This document shows, piece after piece, positions 29,466 through 42,949 of a stretch of 64,000 nucleotides of DNA. The stretch comes from Octopus vulgaris. Its lineage: Eukaryota. The stretch's first letter is position 1; each line of letters starts with the position of its first letter. The translations under genes were made by a program, and so were the position numbers. Where the stretch lies: positions 78,430,001 to 78,494,000 of the forward strand of contig OX597830.1 of NCBI GenBank assembly GCA_951406725.2, read 5' to 3'. The notes below the pieces were generated by a model. The model was not told where the DNA came from. It searched no databases and saw only the letters and a program-made list of their open reading frames with translations.

Positions 29466-29861
29466 TCTTTATATATAAAAGTGAAGTTGTGTGTCTGTCT
29501 CCTACGATTTAGATTCCTAACTAGTCCCACATTTTGCGGTGCAGTTTAACCAAAACCGGGTATCTTATAGTCGTGATTCATATCGAGCCCTTCTGGGGTA
29601 TTAGCGCGCGTCTACGATGAGTCTACGATTAAAAAAAAACATTCACAATCATTTTTTCCCATTTTTTAATGCATTTTTTGCATATATAGAGGAAGTAACT
29701 CTCTAAAAATGTATTATTAAATCTCAGAACGTAAAAAGCTACAGTAACACCCACCCTTTGTGGTTAGCCATATTGAGATGGCTATTATACTTTACATGTC
29801 TAAAAAGGCTTATATAGTTATTTCCCTTACAAACCCGAGCAACGCCGGGCGATACTGCTAG
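29466..29861 (+). mobile_element. Non-autonomous Helitron (same family as 7097-7498)
   Basis: A|TCTTTATATATAAAAG ... CCCGAGCAACGCCGGGCGATACTGCTAG|T. Confidence 0.88.
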
Positions 29862-30119
29862 TTATTGTTAATTTTGTTTATCATGCACAATACGTGTATG
29901 CATTCTTATTTTATCCATCTTATTCAATTTTCAGAGAAATTGAAGCATGTCTTTGACAATTCCGGAGCGTATTGAACTTATTTTGTGCGTCACTTATGGC
30001 CCACCATGTATATAATTTCCTCGATACACATCACACACTCTCTGTTATGCATGCACGCACGCATTCGTACGCGCTCACATACACACACACACACGTGCAC
30101 ACATACATCATCACGCTCA

Positions 30120-30530
30120 TCCGACGGAACGACAAGGACCATTTAGTCATCGTTATGAATGACTGATGAATTGTGCTGTGATTTTGTTTGCAGTGAAGAA
30201 TAGTTGCGCAACGTCATCGTAAATCTGTCGTCCGTGACAATCTTCAATACAGAGGCAAGACCAGGTCAAGAGGTTTGGAGATGGAGACTGACCCAGATAT
30301 CTTGCTTGCTTCGTCTTGCTCTTTGCACAATACAATGTATTACTGCACTTGTCTTCCGTTGGACCATGGAGCTTTCTTCCAAAGACTCCATGCGTTCCAG
30401 TCTTCATATGCATAGGTAGGCAGGCCCTAATATGCTAATTAAGCCATAGCTGGGACCCTGATCGGTGTTACTACTCCGAGTCCCAGGGACCAACTATCGA
30501 ATGCAGTTTAAAGTCTTGCCCAGGACCTAA
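30120..30530 (-). mobile_element. Possible decayed 5' end of an APE-type LINE
   Basis: HMKTGTHGV resembles the APE N-terminal (I/L)GTWNV motif; weak. Confidence 0.35.
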
Positions 30531-30689
30531 ATAAATTCACACACATTGCTCACAACACTTTGTCCTCCCGCTCATCAAAGAGATATGGATAGATAAAGGA
30601 AAAAAAGAAAAAGAAGAAAGGGGTAAGACTGCTTAAATAAAGAAGAGGGTAAAGTGATAATGGTGGCAGCGATGAAGGCGGTATGTGAA

Positions 30690-30920
30690 GGCGGCGAGCT
30701 GGCAGAAGCGTTAGCACGCCGGGCGAAATGCTTAGCGGTATTTCGTCTGCCGTTACGTTGTGAGTTCAAGTTCCGCCGAGGTCGACTTTGCCTTTCATCT
30801 TTTCGGGGTCGATAAATTAAGTACCAGTTACGCACTGGGGTCGATGTAATCGACTTAATACCTATGACTGTCCTTATTTGTCCCCTCTGTGTTTAGCCCC
30901 TTGTGGGTAATAAAGAAATA
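30690..30920 (+). mobile_element. tRNA-derived SINE, family A (full length, with TSD)
   Basis: A-box-like GGCGAGCTGGCAGAA and B-box GAGTTCAAGTTCC; central GCCTTTCATC..GGGGTCGATAAATTAAGTACC; direct repeat GGTATGTGAA at 30680 and 30921. Confidence 0.9.
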
Positions 30921-30930
30921 GGTATGTGAA

Positions 30931-31272
30931 GGCACATGGATTAGTGGTTTTAACGCCAGGTTTACAATTGAGAGGTTGTGAGTTCGATCCTTGGACCTAG
31001 GAGTGTTTTGTGTTCTTGAGAGAGACGCTTTATTTCACGTAACTCCAGGTTACTCAGCTGCAGAAGTGAGTTGTGGTATCACCACTGGCACCAAGCTGTA
31101 TCGGCCTTTGCCTATCCGTTAGATAACATCGGTGGCGTGGAGAGGTGAGGCTGATATTTATGGGTAACTGCTGGCCTTCCATAAACAACTTTACCCGGAC
31201 TTTGCCGCGAAGGGTAACTTACTAGGTGCAATCCCATGATCATTCATGACTACAGGGGTCTTGACCCTTTAT
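30931..31272 (+). mobile_element. tRNA-derived SINE (family C-like head)
   Basis: GGCACATGGATTAGTGG...GAGTTCGATCC...GTGTTCTTGAG. Confidence 0.7.
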
Positions 31273-31541
31273 CCTGGTGAAGATAGTAAGACAGCGAAGA
31301 GAAAAGACGCCGAGAGAAAGTGAAGAGGGAGAATGATAATAATATTGATATTTTGAAAAATAAAGATGACCACTGCATTGTTGGAGGCCTGAAGGGACGT
31401 TTTGGTTGTTTATATGTTTTTCTGTTTGTATACTTAATTACTCATTATTGAACATTGATTCATCTATTAATGTTATCGATTTCTACGATTTATCGATTGT
31501 TTGATTTCTTTGATGTTGCATATGAAATTATTTATATATAA

Positions 31542-31558
31542 TTTTTCTATATTTACAG
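31542..31558 (+). other. 3' splice acceptor of the Hox1 homeobox exon
   Basis: T-rich tract ending in CAG at the abrupt switch from AT-rich to GC-rich coding sequence. Confidence 0.85.
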
Positions 31559-32136
31559 GAAAACCCAATGACTATTCTTATTCGAATCAACATGGAAACG
31601 GCGGTAATGCTGGCGGCAACGGTTCAAACGCAGGCAGTGGCGGCGGTGCTGGAACGGGTAACGGTCTTGGCAACACGATAGCCAATGGTTCGAGTCAGAA
31701 CGGCAGTCCCGGAAGTGGAGGCAACGGCGTCGTCAATGGAAACGGTATGGGCGTCTTAACAGGCGCAGGTAATAACAGCGGCAGCAACGGTGGAGGCGGA
31801 AGTACTGGTGGCGGCGGAGTTGGTGGTGGTGGCGTTGGCGGTGGTGGAACCGGTCGCACGAACTTTACCAATAAGCAATTGACGGAGCTCGAGAAAGAGT
31901 TCCACTTCAATAAATATCTAACTCGTGCCAGAAGAATCGAAATCGCGGCTGCTCTGGGACTGAACGAGACGCAGGTGAAAATCTGGTTTCAAAATCGTCG
32001 CATGAAGCAAAAGAAACGACTCAAAGAGGCTCAAGGAACAACAGGTGCCAACGGCCCTGGAGGTCTGGAGAACTGTGCCTTGGTAACAGACAGACTGAAT
32101 GTTCCAACAATGGCACTTTGTAACGAGAGCAGATGA
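31559..32136 (+). CDS. lab: Terminal coding exon of a labial/Hox1 homeobox gene (Gly/Asn-rich linker, homeodomain at ~31843-32022, short C-terminus)
   Basis: Translation contains [56 protein letters not shown], with paralog-group-1 diagnostic residues ([24 protein letters not shown]). A pyrimidine-rich acceptor TTTTTCTATATTTACAG ends at 31558 (phase 1). Stop TGA at 32134-32136. The ORF-track start at 31501 is probably intronic. Confidence 0.96.
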
Positions 32137-32777
32137 TCTGAGCAAAGACAATCACCAATGCGTGAGAGAGACACAGATAGATAAACAGAGAGAAAGGGAG
32201 AGAGAGAGAGAGAGAATGAGAGGGAGAGAGTGATAGAGAGAGAGGTAGAGTGGAGTGAAAGAGAAAAGTGGTGATGGTGGTGATGTGATGGCGGTGGTAA
32301 GATGGCCGCCGCGAGAAGAGGGGAAACCAAATGAAAGCGAAGTGGGGAGAGAGATATAATATAGAAATTAGGAAGGAGAAGAAGAAGAAGATGAAGAAAA
32401 AGAAGAAGAAGAAATGTGTATGTATGTATATTCAGACTGATATATATACAAGTAAAAAAAAGAAAATTGGAATGGCGGTGAGAAGAGGAAGGAAGGCCGC
32501 AAAGTAGAAAAGAATGAGGTTAATAATGAAATGGTGATTTAAGGGAAAGAAGGAATATAAATAAAGAAAAAAAAGAAAGAAAAGAATATGTAAGAAAAAG
32601 AGTAATTCTACAAAAATATGAATATATGACAAATAAATAAATACGGGGTACAGCAAAAGCTAAGAGGAGTGAGTGAGAATGTTCGAATGAAGGAGAAAGA
32701 GAGGTTGTGTGTGAGAGCGAGAGTAAAAGAGAGTGTATGTGTGTTAGTGAGACAGATATACACATATATATATATGA

Positions 32778-32876
<99 letters not shown>

Positions 32877-33185
32877 AGGGAGAGAGTGCATGTGAAAGAA
32901 TATATTAAGTCAGAAATATTTAAGGGATAATACAAGACAAGAAAACAGGATTTTGGTGCTTATTGGCATCTGTGTGTGTGTGTGTGTGTTTGGGCGCGTG
33001 TTTGTGCGTGTCCAATGTAAGCATATATGAATGAAATGTATGTACATAGAAAAAAAAACCTACATATGCATGATAACGAGTGAATGTATGTACGTACGTA
33101 TGTATGCATGTATGTTAATGATTGAATATATATACTAAGCAATGCGTATAGCTATCTATGTATGTATGTATGAAAATATTTAGTT

Positions 33186-33259
33186 TGCTCCACCGAGATT
33201 TGAAACTTTGACATTCAGTTTTCTAGATTGGCGTTCTAATTAACTGAGCTACGGAGAGC
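33186..33259 (-). pseudogene. Degenerate tRNA-like sequence (tRNA pseudogene or isolated SINE head)
   Basis: Minus strand GCTCTCCGTAGCTCAGTTAATTAGAACG...GTTTCAAATCTCGGTGGAGCA has A/B-box remnants and a partial acceptor stem; anticodon and T stems are mismatched. Confidence 0.6.
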
Positions 33260-34533
33260 CATGTACGTGTGCATATACGTATGTACATGTGTGAGTGAAT
33301 GTAGCTATGTTTGTGAGTATGTGTGTACGTTAATACATATGTGTGTGCGTGTGCATACGCTTGAAATACGTGTCTGTGCATGCGATACAGACACTAAATG
33401 TAAAAAACACAAAAAAAAACAAAAGAAAAAGATATATATATAAATATTAAAATATATATATATGTATATGATTAAAAATAATAATATTAATGATGTTGAG
33501 TCTGCTTATTATTATTGTTGTTCTTCTTTTCTGCTACTACTACTTCTACTACTACTACTACTACACCTTCTTCGGCGGCAGACCTGGGCAATCCTGAAAG
33601 AATTCTTTATGGCGTTAGACAGACATTTTCCCTTTCTAGCGATATAGTTAAATATTCATTAGACATACCGTAAAGTTTGAATATTCTATTACACCCAATT
33701 GAACGGACACTATAGCGGCTATTAACTTTAGAATACTGAACACCATCAAAAACAGTAAAAGTATGTTTGTTTATTTAAACTGTATAAACCAGTTTCGATC
33801 TCCCTTTAACAGAACTCCTCAGGTACAAAAAACGGTGATGATAATAATTTAGTACGTTTTCTGGATAACGGCAGTAGCACTAATAGAATAAATAAGGCAT
33901 CTTATAACTAGATAACCAATAGAATATGAAACTGTAGGATTCGTCAAAATGTCCATATGATAACCAATGTATTATAAATAATAGTATGTATAAACGCTAG
34001 GTTATAACATCTGTGTGTAACCATTATTACATCGATGCAGTAGCTTCAGAATTCAAGACAATATATATCGCCACATTCATTCTTTTAAATGTAAAAGAAC
34101 TGCACTGGTCAAGTTCATCTGTTACATCAAAGGGCAAGATAGAGACAAAGCTATTTCATGATCTACTGAAGATTAGGCTCTTCCTTACGGGAGCTGGAAT
34201 TTGTGCTCGATGGGTGCGCTGGAAATACTCAACTGTAAACACAACTTCATTTATGAACGTAACGCTTTATTAATTTGCTGTTCTTGTTTATTTACTAAGA
34301 CATGCTTAAAATTTCCACACAAACTTCCCACATAATTAAGTTATGCATAAATAAAATTAATCCTTGCATTCTGTTATTGTGGTTTCTTTTTCCTTCTTAA
34401 CTCTTTTTTTGGCTAATCTTTAACCTAATCCTTAACTATTGCACCGTATTTAATTCAGTTTAATTTTATTTAATTGAATTCAATGCAACTACAGTAATCC
34501 TAATATTTCTTCAATAGATTATAGAGACGAACT

Positions 34534-34926
34534 TCTTTTACTCTCTTTTACTTGTTACAGTCATTTGACTGCGGCCATGCTGGAGCACCGCCTTTAGTCG
34601 AGCAAATCGATCCCAGGACTTATTCTTTATAAGCCTAGTACTTATTCTTTCGGTCTCTTTTGCCGAACCGCTAAGTTACGGGCACGTAAACACACTAGAA
34701 TCGGTTGTTGGGCGGGAGACAAACACAGACACACAAACATATGCACACACACACATATATGTATGTATGTATATATGACGGGCTTCTTTCAATTTCCGTC
34801 TACCAAATCCACTCACAAGGCTTTGGTAGGCCCGAGGCTATAGCAGAAGACACTTGCCCAATGGACTGAACCCAGAACCATGTGGTTGGTAAGCAAACTA
34901 CTTACCACACAGCCACTCCTGCGCCT
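34534..34926 (-). mobile_element. tRNA-derived SINE, family B (CORE-like domain)
   Basis: Minus strand reads GGCGCAGGAGTGGCTGTGTGGTAAG...TGGGCAAGTGTCTTCT...internal (TG)n...tail (GTAAAAGA)n. Confidence 0.85.
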
Positions 34927-36869
34927 GATAAAATTTACATGCATTTATTATACACCTTCCTCTGTTCTCTCTTCAAGTTACTTTAAAATACCACCCTTCA
35001 CAGATCGGACAGCAAGAAAAAAATATATACATTAGATAATAACAATTCTCTTCTGCGTTGTTCTCACAGATTAACACGTTCCTATTCTTGGTGACATTTT
35101 AACCTCTCAGGACTGTGAATTTGGTAAGTGTATAATAAATCAAAGAAGTTAATTTGATATGTCAGATATCTACAGTCACATTTTCATAAGTATGTTTGTT
35201 TGAAAATCTCAAAACCTAACAACAACTTTAAGATCTAAGAAGAATGGTTGAGGGTTAATTGTTCCAGTAATTAATTGATAATTGTGCATAAAAAAATTTT
35301 ATGGTGAGAAAATATTTCTTCAAGCCATTTAAAACTTTCGTAACGTTTTCTAAAGACATAATCTTAGTTTTTTTTATCTTTTTTTTTTAAATTTTAATCA
35401 GATTGTCCTTATACTCTGCAATTAAATCACCGACTAATCTATTTGTAAATAACCATCCATTTGCATTTTTAAATTCATTTTTTTTTTCTCGTGGAGTGCT
35501 GACCGAAATATTCGCCTGAATTTCATACATGCATCTATAACAAGACTCGAACTCGGGTTGCTACATTACGAACTTCAAGTCATGATATTGTTCGACTTAC
35601 ACGTGTGATGCTGAGTTATCAGCCAATCAGCAGCTGTTTTTCCCGTGATGGTTTTTCCAGAGGTTTCCAGATTGTTCTTCGTAATAAACCTATAAAGTCA
35701 GTTTTAGGCACCAAGCTTCAGTGTGTGCGAAGATGCCGTCTGATATACACACTCCTTACATAGCTGTTTTAACGGCTGCATGCTCATCCAGATATGCGCA
35801 GTACGATGGCAGATATGAAGCGAGGTGTATACATGGTTTTGTGTTTAATCCAGCCCCTGTGCCACGCCTTTGTGTCCCGTTTCCATGCATGTGGTATTAT
35901 GCTTCTTACATCTCGCTGGCTCTATGTGGAGAGTTTTGTAATTCATGACCAACCTGTGGTGGCATAAACAAAACCACGTTTAACTATTGGAATGATGTTT
36001 GTTTAAAGAACACGAAGCCTCTCCTTCATAGCCAATCAACAACCCAAACGGCTACACATCCATGCATATGTGTGCATGTGCCTGCCTATTTATACATATA
36101 GCCGCTTACATTCATATGTGCGTCTACACATACATGCATATATACACACGCACACATACGTATCCTTTTAAATATCATGATAATAACTGTCATAGAAGTA
36201 GCTGGATTGGCCAAATCGTTAGAGCGTTGGACCAAGTCCTTTGTAACATTTCTTTCGGATCTTTACGCACCGAGTTCAAATTCCACCGAGATTAACTTTC
36301 ACTCAACAACATTTCTTCAGTATTCTCTGTAATGATATGCTACCAAATCCCAGATTCGGGAAATCCCCCCGTTCTTACCAACAAACATCAAATTTTCTTC
36401 AATCTTATCCTTTCAAAGATGACGTATACAATCTTACGCAACTCCCCGCCATACACACACACACATGCATACATCACTTTCTAAATAAAGACAACTACTG
36501 CTCCAAACAATTAGATTCTTATATATTTCTCTCGCTACATCACTCTACAATCGTCTTCAGTTCTTCAGAACTTCGCCGAACGGAAAGTCAGGAACTATAT
36601 CCATGAATGTATTTCAACTAACTTCGCCTTTTTATAAGTTTCATCCATTTATTTGCCAGCGAAAGATGCTCATTAAATCGTACACGATTTACGTTCATCT
36701 CAAGAGTACCTCAAATTTCGCTATGTTTTCTCCCATGTCATTTTTTCTGTCCATTAATAACCTATTTGTTGTCATCATTAACCACGTACACCATGCAGCA
36801 GTTAATACAACTTTCATTTCCTTTTAATCTCCTTGACGCAATGGAGAAATGTCCGCACACAACCTTTAA

Positions 36870-37090
36870 CCCTTTGATACCAACCCGGCCAAAACCGCAT
36901 CTGGCTCTGTAGTACAAATGCCTTGTTTTCATAAGTTTTGAATTAAAATCTTCCACCAAACCTTAGTCACAATTTATGTTCCTAACACTAGCTGAATGAT
37001 AACGAAGTTGTTTTACTAAATTCTTTGTTATATTTAAAATAAATTGAAAGAAACACAGAGCATCTCAAAATAAATACGGTAACGAAAGGG
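36870..37090. mobile_element. piggyBac-type MITE
   Basis: TTAA on both sides (36866, 37091); imperfect TIRs CCCTTTGATACC / GGTAACGAAAGGG. Confidence 0.75.
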
Positions 37091-37738
37091 TTAAACTTGA
37101 ATTGCAATAGGGACATAACAACAGCATAAAGACACATTCTCGAAATACCCAAAGGTCAATTATCACACAGAAATTTGTTAGGGTCGAACCAGAAGTTAGG
37201 GGTGCTGTTAAAAATCAAATGAGCTCTGAGGTTTTATGTTTTAGATCTGACGTTGCGAATTGTTTATGGTAGTCATGTAGGTATCTACGTATATTTGTAA
37301 ATATATACGTATAATGTAAAGATATGAAATTATCCATGTATATATGTATGCACGCAGGTACGACATTGCATGTGTGAATCTGTATATTTTAAAAAATTGT
37401 ATTTGTAAATCTGTGTTGTCGACATACAATCATGTTAAATTTAATTATTTCCCCGTAGATTGACAAAAAAAAAATTATGAACAGACTTAATCAATTTTCG
37501 ACCCTTATTGGGGTCCCTAAGGTGTCTGCACATTTTACCAGTCCCTCACAGGCAAGTAGCCAATCGATTATATGCGCATCAAATCTAGAACTTCAGAGAA
37601 TTGGAGCTGTTAATATACATGCATACATAACCAAAAGGGTTTTTCAACTCAATTTTTACAGGTTATTAGTCAAAGCTTTATTTTTACTTTGTATTGCATA
37701 TAAATATATGCATATATACACACACACACACGCTTTAC

Positions 37739-37797
<59 letters not shown>

Positions 37798-38159
37798 GAA
37801 CTAAGCGGAGCAGGAGCAAACACGAAGATGGAAAGTGTCGCTGAAGAGGTCACAGATGTGTGAAGAAAGATTTCCGGACAATGGACATGAGATAGAATAA
37901 GAACAGTAATAAACGAGTGAAGAACGAATATATAGAGCGTGTGTTTATTTGGTATAAAAAAAGAAAAAGGAAAATGACTATACAGAAAATACAACACACT
38001 TTTCAGAATGATTTAACGATAGAAAAGTGAAGTCAGAATTATTTTGTTTTCTCGAGTCAATGACTTTTCCAGAAGAAAACTATTGTTAAGTTTTCATTTT
38101 ATATTTGTGTAAACATGTATGTTTATAGATATATATATATGTGTATGTGTATGTATGTA

Positions 38160-38218
<59 letters not shown>

Positions 38219-38684
38219 GGAGAAAATGGGATTAAAAAATCCTGGCAGATATCAAGTAAGCACGCAGTATAAAGTAATGAGATTAAATTTCCAACAAATA
38301 GATCCCAGTTAATGTACGTAGAGTACAAATCTTAGGTAGATCCTTAATGTATTTCGACTTATATGCACGTATGCATACATATGTGTGTATGTACTCCCTT
38401 ATATAGACGTGTGTGTGTGTATCCAAGTATGTGTGTGTGTGTATCGTAATGTAAAATTCGTAAAGTATATGAAAAATTTTTTTTTTCATGGTACAAATAT
38501 TATCTGACATTAAAACCATTATTTAGGGTAGTGTGAGTAGATGTATTTATTACCGTATTTTATGGCATGGAAAACGCCTTTCGTCTTTGAAAAATAAAAC
38601 ATGTTGAAAATTAATGTACATAGGCGATAAAAGGACTAGAAAGCTCTCATAGCGCTCAACGCACATCATCCCAAAAGTAGTACC

Positions 38685-38916
38685 TATTTCTTTACTACCC
38701 ACAAGGGACTAAACATAGAGTGGACAAACAAGGACAGACAAACGGATTAAGTCGATTACATCGACCCCAGTACGTAACTGGTACTTAATTTATCGACCCC
38801 GAAAGGATGAAAGGCAAAGTCGACCTCGGTGGAATTTGAACTCACAACGTAGCGGCAGACGAAAAACCGCTAAGCATTTCGCCCGGCGTGCTAACGTTTC
38901 TGCCAGATCGCCGCCT
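38685..38916 (-). mobile_element. SINE family A (full length, with TSD)
   Basis: Reverse complement of 30690-30920; TSD ATCCCAAAAGTA(G/A)TACC at 38668 and 38920. Confidence 0.9.
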
Positions 38917-38934
38917 TTAATCCCAAAAGTAATA

Positions 38935-39500
38935 CCGACAGGTTCTGCATACCAAGAAAGTACGGAGACGAGGATTGGTAAATGCAGAAGACACCGTTAG
39001 AACTGCGATATTGGAAGTGATAAACTTTGTTGTACTTAGTGAAGAGAAAATACTTTAAAGAGTATTTAAAGTATATTGAAGAGAAAAACTTTAAAGAAAC
39101 AGTATGAAAAGTCAAGAACAACAGAACTAGTTGATGGAATTGCAAGGCCAATAAATACAAGAAAATGAGCTTGTCGGAAATAAAGAACTTAGGTTATGAC
39201 CAACAGACGGAAACCTGAAACGAAAGACCGAACACAAAGGTCGACAAAACTCGGGGATCAAACGCAGAATCTGGCGGGAAGAGACGAAAGTGTTAATCAT
39301 TTCTTGGGTGAATGCAGTAAGCTAGCGCAAGAAGAGTATAAGTGCAGGTGCAGGCATGATTGTGTAGGTAAAAGAGAGCATTTGTATGTTAGCTGAGTGT
39401 GTGACTTCGAAATAATAGGAAAGTGATATGACCAAGAACCAGAGGAATAAGAAATACATGCAGGAATCGTTAAGAAAGATTCTTGATATTTGAGGAGACT
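38935..39500 (+). mobile_element. R4/Dong-like LINE C-terminal remnant (zinc-knuckle region)
   Basis: ESVNHFLGECSKLAQEEYK..RHD resembles the CCHC/RHD segment of RLE LINEs. Confidence 0.7.
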
Positions 39501-39508
39501 CGTCATCA

Positions 39509-39595
39509 TATCAGACGGGTAGTCATGATGGGTATACTGGGCTTCGTATATTTTACCCCAGTGTCCCTATGATGGCATGCACTGCTCTCTCACTC
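39509..39595 (+). mobile_element. 557-bp family, 3' end only
   Basis: Matches ~40167-40253, followed by (AAT)n. Confidence 0.8.
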
Positions 39596-40309
<714 letters not shown>

Positions 40310-40547
40310 TAATAATAATAATAATAATGACTTAAAAACTGATGATGTCATTCCATCAACGTGTGGACGCTACTTGCTCTCGTTCATACTTTTCATTTAA
40401 ATTTCTGAATTTTTATCACTTCTTATTTTGAACTTGACAAAGAGAGACATACTGTTGAAATATCGTTCAATAAAATTACAATCGAATCGCGCTCTTCGTC
40501 TTGACTGTTTACCTTTGTGAAGAGTTACGTGAATCCAATTTTTTTAA

Positions 40548-40609
<62 letters not shown>

Positions 40610-40611
40610 AT

Positions 40612-42003
40612 CGAAAAAGGCAATACGGTAGCCAATTACAAGCCGATTTCTTGAGTGCCACTCATGTGGAAATTATTGACTGGAATACTCGCCGAGTCAA
40701 TACTTGCAGGGTCAAAGTATGAACATTTGGAAAAAAAATGGAGTCCTGCCAAATGAGCAGACAGGTTGTAAGCGTAAGTGCAGAGGTACCAAGGATCAAC
40801 TCTTGATGGACAAAACTGTGTTTGAGACTGCAAGAAGAGGAAAAATAACTTACCATGTCATGGATCGACTATCGTAAGGCGTATGATATGATCCCACATT
40901 CTTGGATTATGGAATGTATGAACGTATTTGGTATTGCATCGAGTGTTGAGCGATTGCTTGGAAAAAGTATGGCGAATTGGAGGACGGACCTGGCAACATA
41001 CGGAAGAAGTTTACGGACAGTAGAAATCAGGATGGGCGTCTTCCAAAGGGACTGTCTGTCCCCACTGATCTTTGTATTGTGCTTCATACTACTGACACTG
41101 ATTCTGAGGAAAGCAAAATCTGAGTATGTATTCAAAAACCGCCAACAAAATGTCAACCATTTGTTATTCATTGATGGTTTCAAACTTTATGGTAAAGATG
41201 AAGCCCAAGTCAGTTCCTTCGTTGATACGGTGTATTCCTTCAGTGCTGGTATCAAATTGGAGTTCGGACTGAGAAAGTGTAGTGTGTTAGTTTTGAAGGG
41301 AGGTAAAATCAAATGCATGGACGGGCTAACGATACCGTCGTGGGAGATTATGAAGCAGATAGAAGAGACGGGCTATACGTACTTGGGGATTTTGGAAATG
41401 GATAAATTGATGGAGAAAGAAATGAGAGAAAAATTTAAGGTGGAGTACTTGCGCAGACTGACACTGATCCTTAATTCGAAATTAAACCGACGGATTATGA
41501 TTGAAGCTATCAACACCCCTGGGCGGTTTCTCTCCTTAGGTATGGATCAGGGTAATCGCATGGACAGTAGACGAACTAAACAGCTTAGACAGAAAGAAAA
41601 GGAAGATGCTAACTAGATATGGGACACTCCACCCAAAAAGTGACACAGACAGACTATATGTACCAAGAAAAAGAGGGGGAAGAGGACTTATTGGATGTGA
41701 ACACAGCATTAGAGCAGAAGAAAACAGCATAGCATGGTATGTAAAAATGCCACAGAACCGCTATTATTAGATGTAAGATCAGGTTTGCATAGGATGAAAG
41801 ATTGCAAAGATAAAGCACTGTACAAGCAATTGAAAACGAATGAAGCTGAAAATAGGTGGGTAAAGAAAAGGATGCATGGACAATTCCATAGGGTTGTCGA
41901 AGATTAGACAGACAGAGATAAAAATATGGATGATTAAAAGTGATTTAAAACCCGAAATGGAAGCTCTAATCTGTGCTGCCCATGAGCAAGCACTAAGAAC
42001 AAA
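40612..42003 (+). mobile_element. Decayed R4/Dong-like LINE reverse transcriptase
   Basis: [52 protein letters not shown] (catalytic DD mutated to DG), YTYLGILE, ICAAHEQALRTN; starts right after (TAA)n. Confidence 0.9.
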
Positions 42004-42319
42004 TCACCGCCACCACCATCTCCGCCATCACTATCACCACTACCAACATCACCACCACCACCACTAATATGATCACCACCATTTTCGCCGCTACCACCAC
42101 CACTACCACCTCAGTAACTATCACCTCCACTATAATCATTATCAGCACTACCACCATCTCCACTGACAGCACCATCCATATCAATATCACCCCCACCACC
42201 ACCACCACTATCCCCACCATCACTGTCACCATTACGATCATCACCACTACCATCAGCACCATCCCCAGCACCACTGTCATCATAACGATCATCACCACCA
42301 CCACCACCACTACCACGAC

Positions 42320-42640
42320 AGCACCACTATCACCATTACGATCACCACCACCACCACCACCACCACCACTACCACAACCACCACCATCCCCAGAACCACT
42401 ATCACCATTACGATCACCATCACCTTCACCACCACCACCACTACCACAACCACCACCATCCCCAGAACCACTATCACCATTACGATCACCATCACCACCA
42501 CCACAACTACCACAACCACCACCATTACCATCCCCTGCACCACTGTCACCATTACGATCAACACCACCACTACCACTACCATGACCACCACCATCCCTAG
42601 CACCACTATCACCATTACCACCACCACCACCACCACCATC
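42320..42640. repeat. ~55-60-bp minisatellite built on (CCA)n
   Basis: Repeated CCATCCCCAGAACCACTATCACCATTACGATCACC unit. Confidence 0.8.
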
Positions 42641-42949
42641 ACACTGCAAACACGTCTTTCAGCAACGCTCTTCTGTTCACGTTATATTGTTTTCAGAAAT
42701 CTACAATAACAACAACGAAAACAACAAACATTACACAGCGAGAACAACAACAGCAACAAACGTAATATACAAACATAGCAAAGCGCAATATAGCACCACT
42801 CCAAATGAAAACAACAACAATAACAACAACAGCAACAACTGCTACAACAACAGTAAGAAGAGGAACAACAACGTTAAAAAGACAAACAAGGAAAAGTTAA
42901 GTCATTGATTGATGGCTGAATTCAATTATTGTTTTAATAAGACACATAC

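Noticed and set aside
30425-30530. HDV-like ribozyme upstream of the putative LINE 5' end
   Set aside because: A hairpin (CTGGGAC/GTCCCAG) exists, but I could not build the nested double pseudoknot
31501-31558. ORF-track N-terminus [11 protein letters not shown] as the Hox1 start
   Set aside because: Begins at TTG in AT-rich intron-like sequence, lacks the hexapeptide and precedes a clear splice acceptor
32555-32645. AATAAA hexamers as the Hox1 polyadenylation signal
   Set aside because: Several candidates in A-rich sequence; cannot choose one without transcript data
42069-42584. Extensin-like PPPSPEPLSPLRS repeat protein
   Set aside because: Minisatellite of CCA-rich units with no splice or codon evidence
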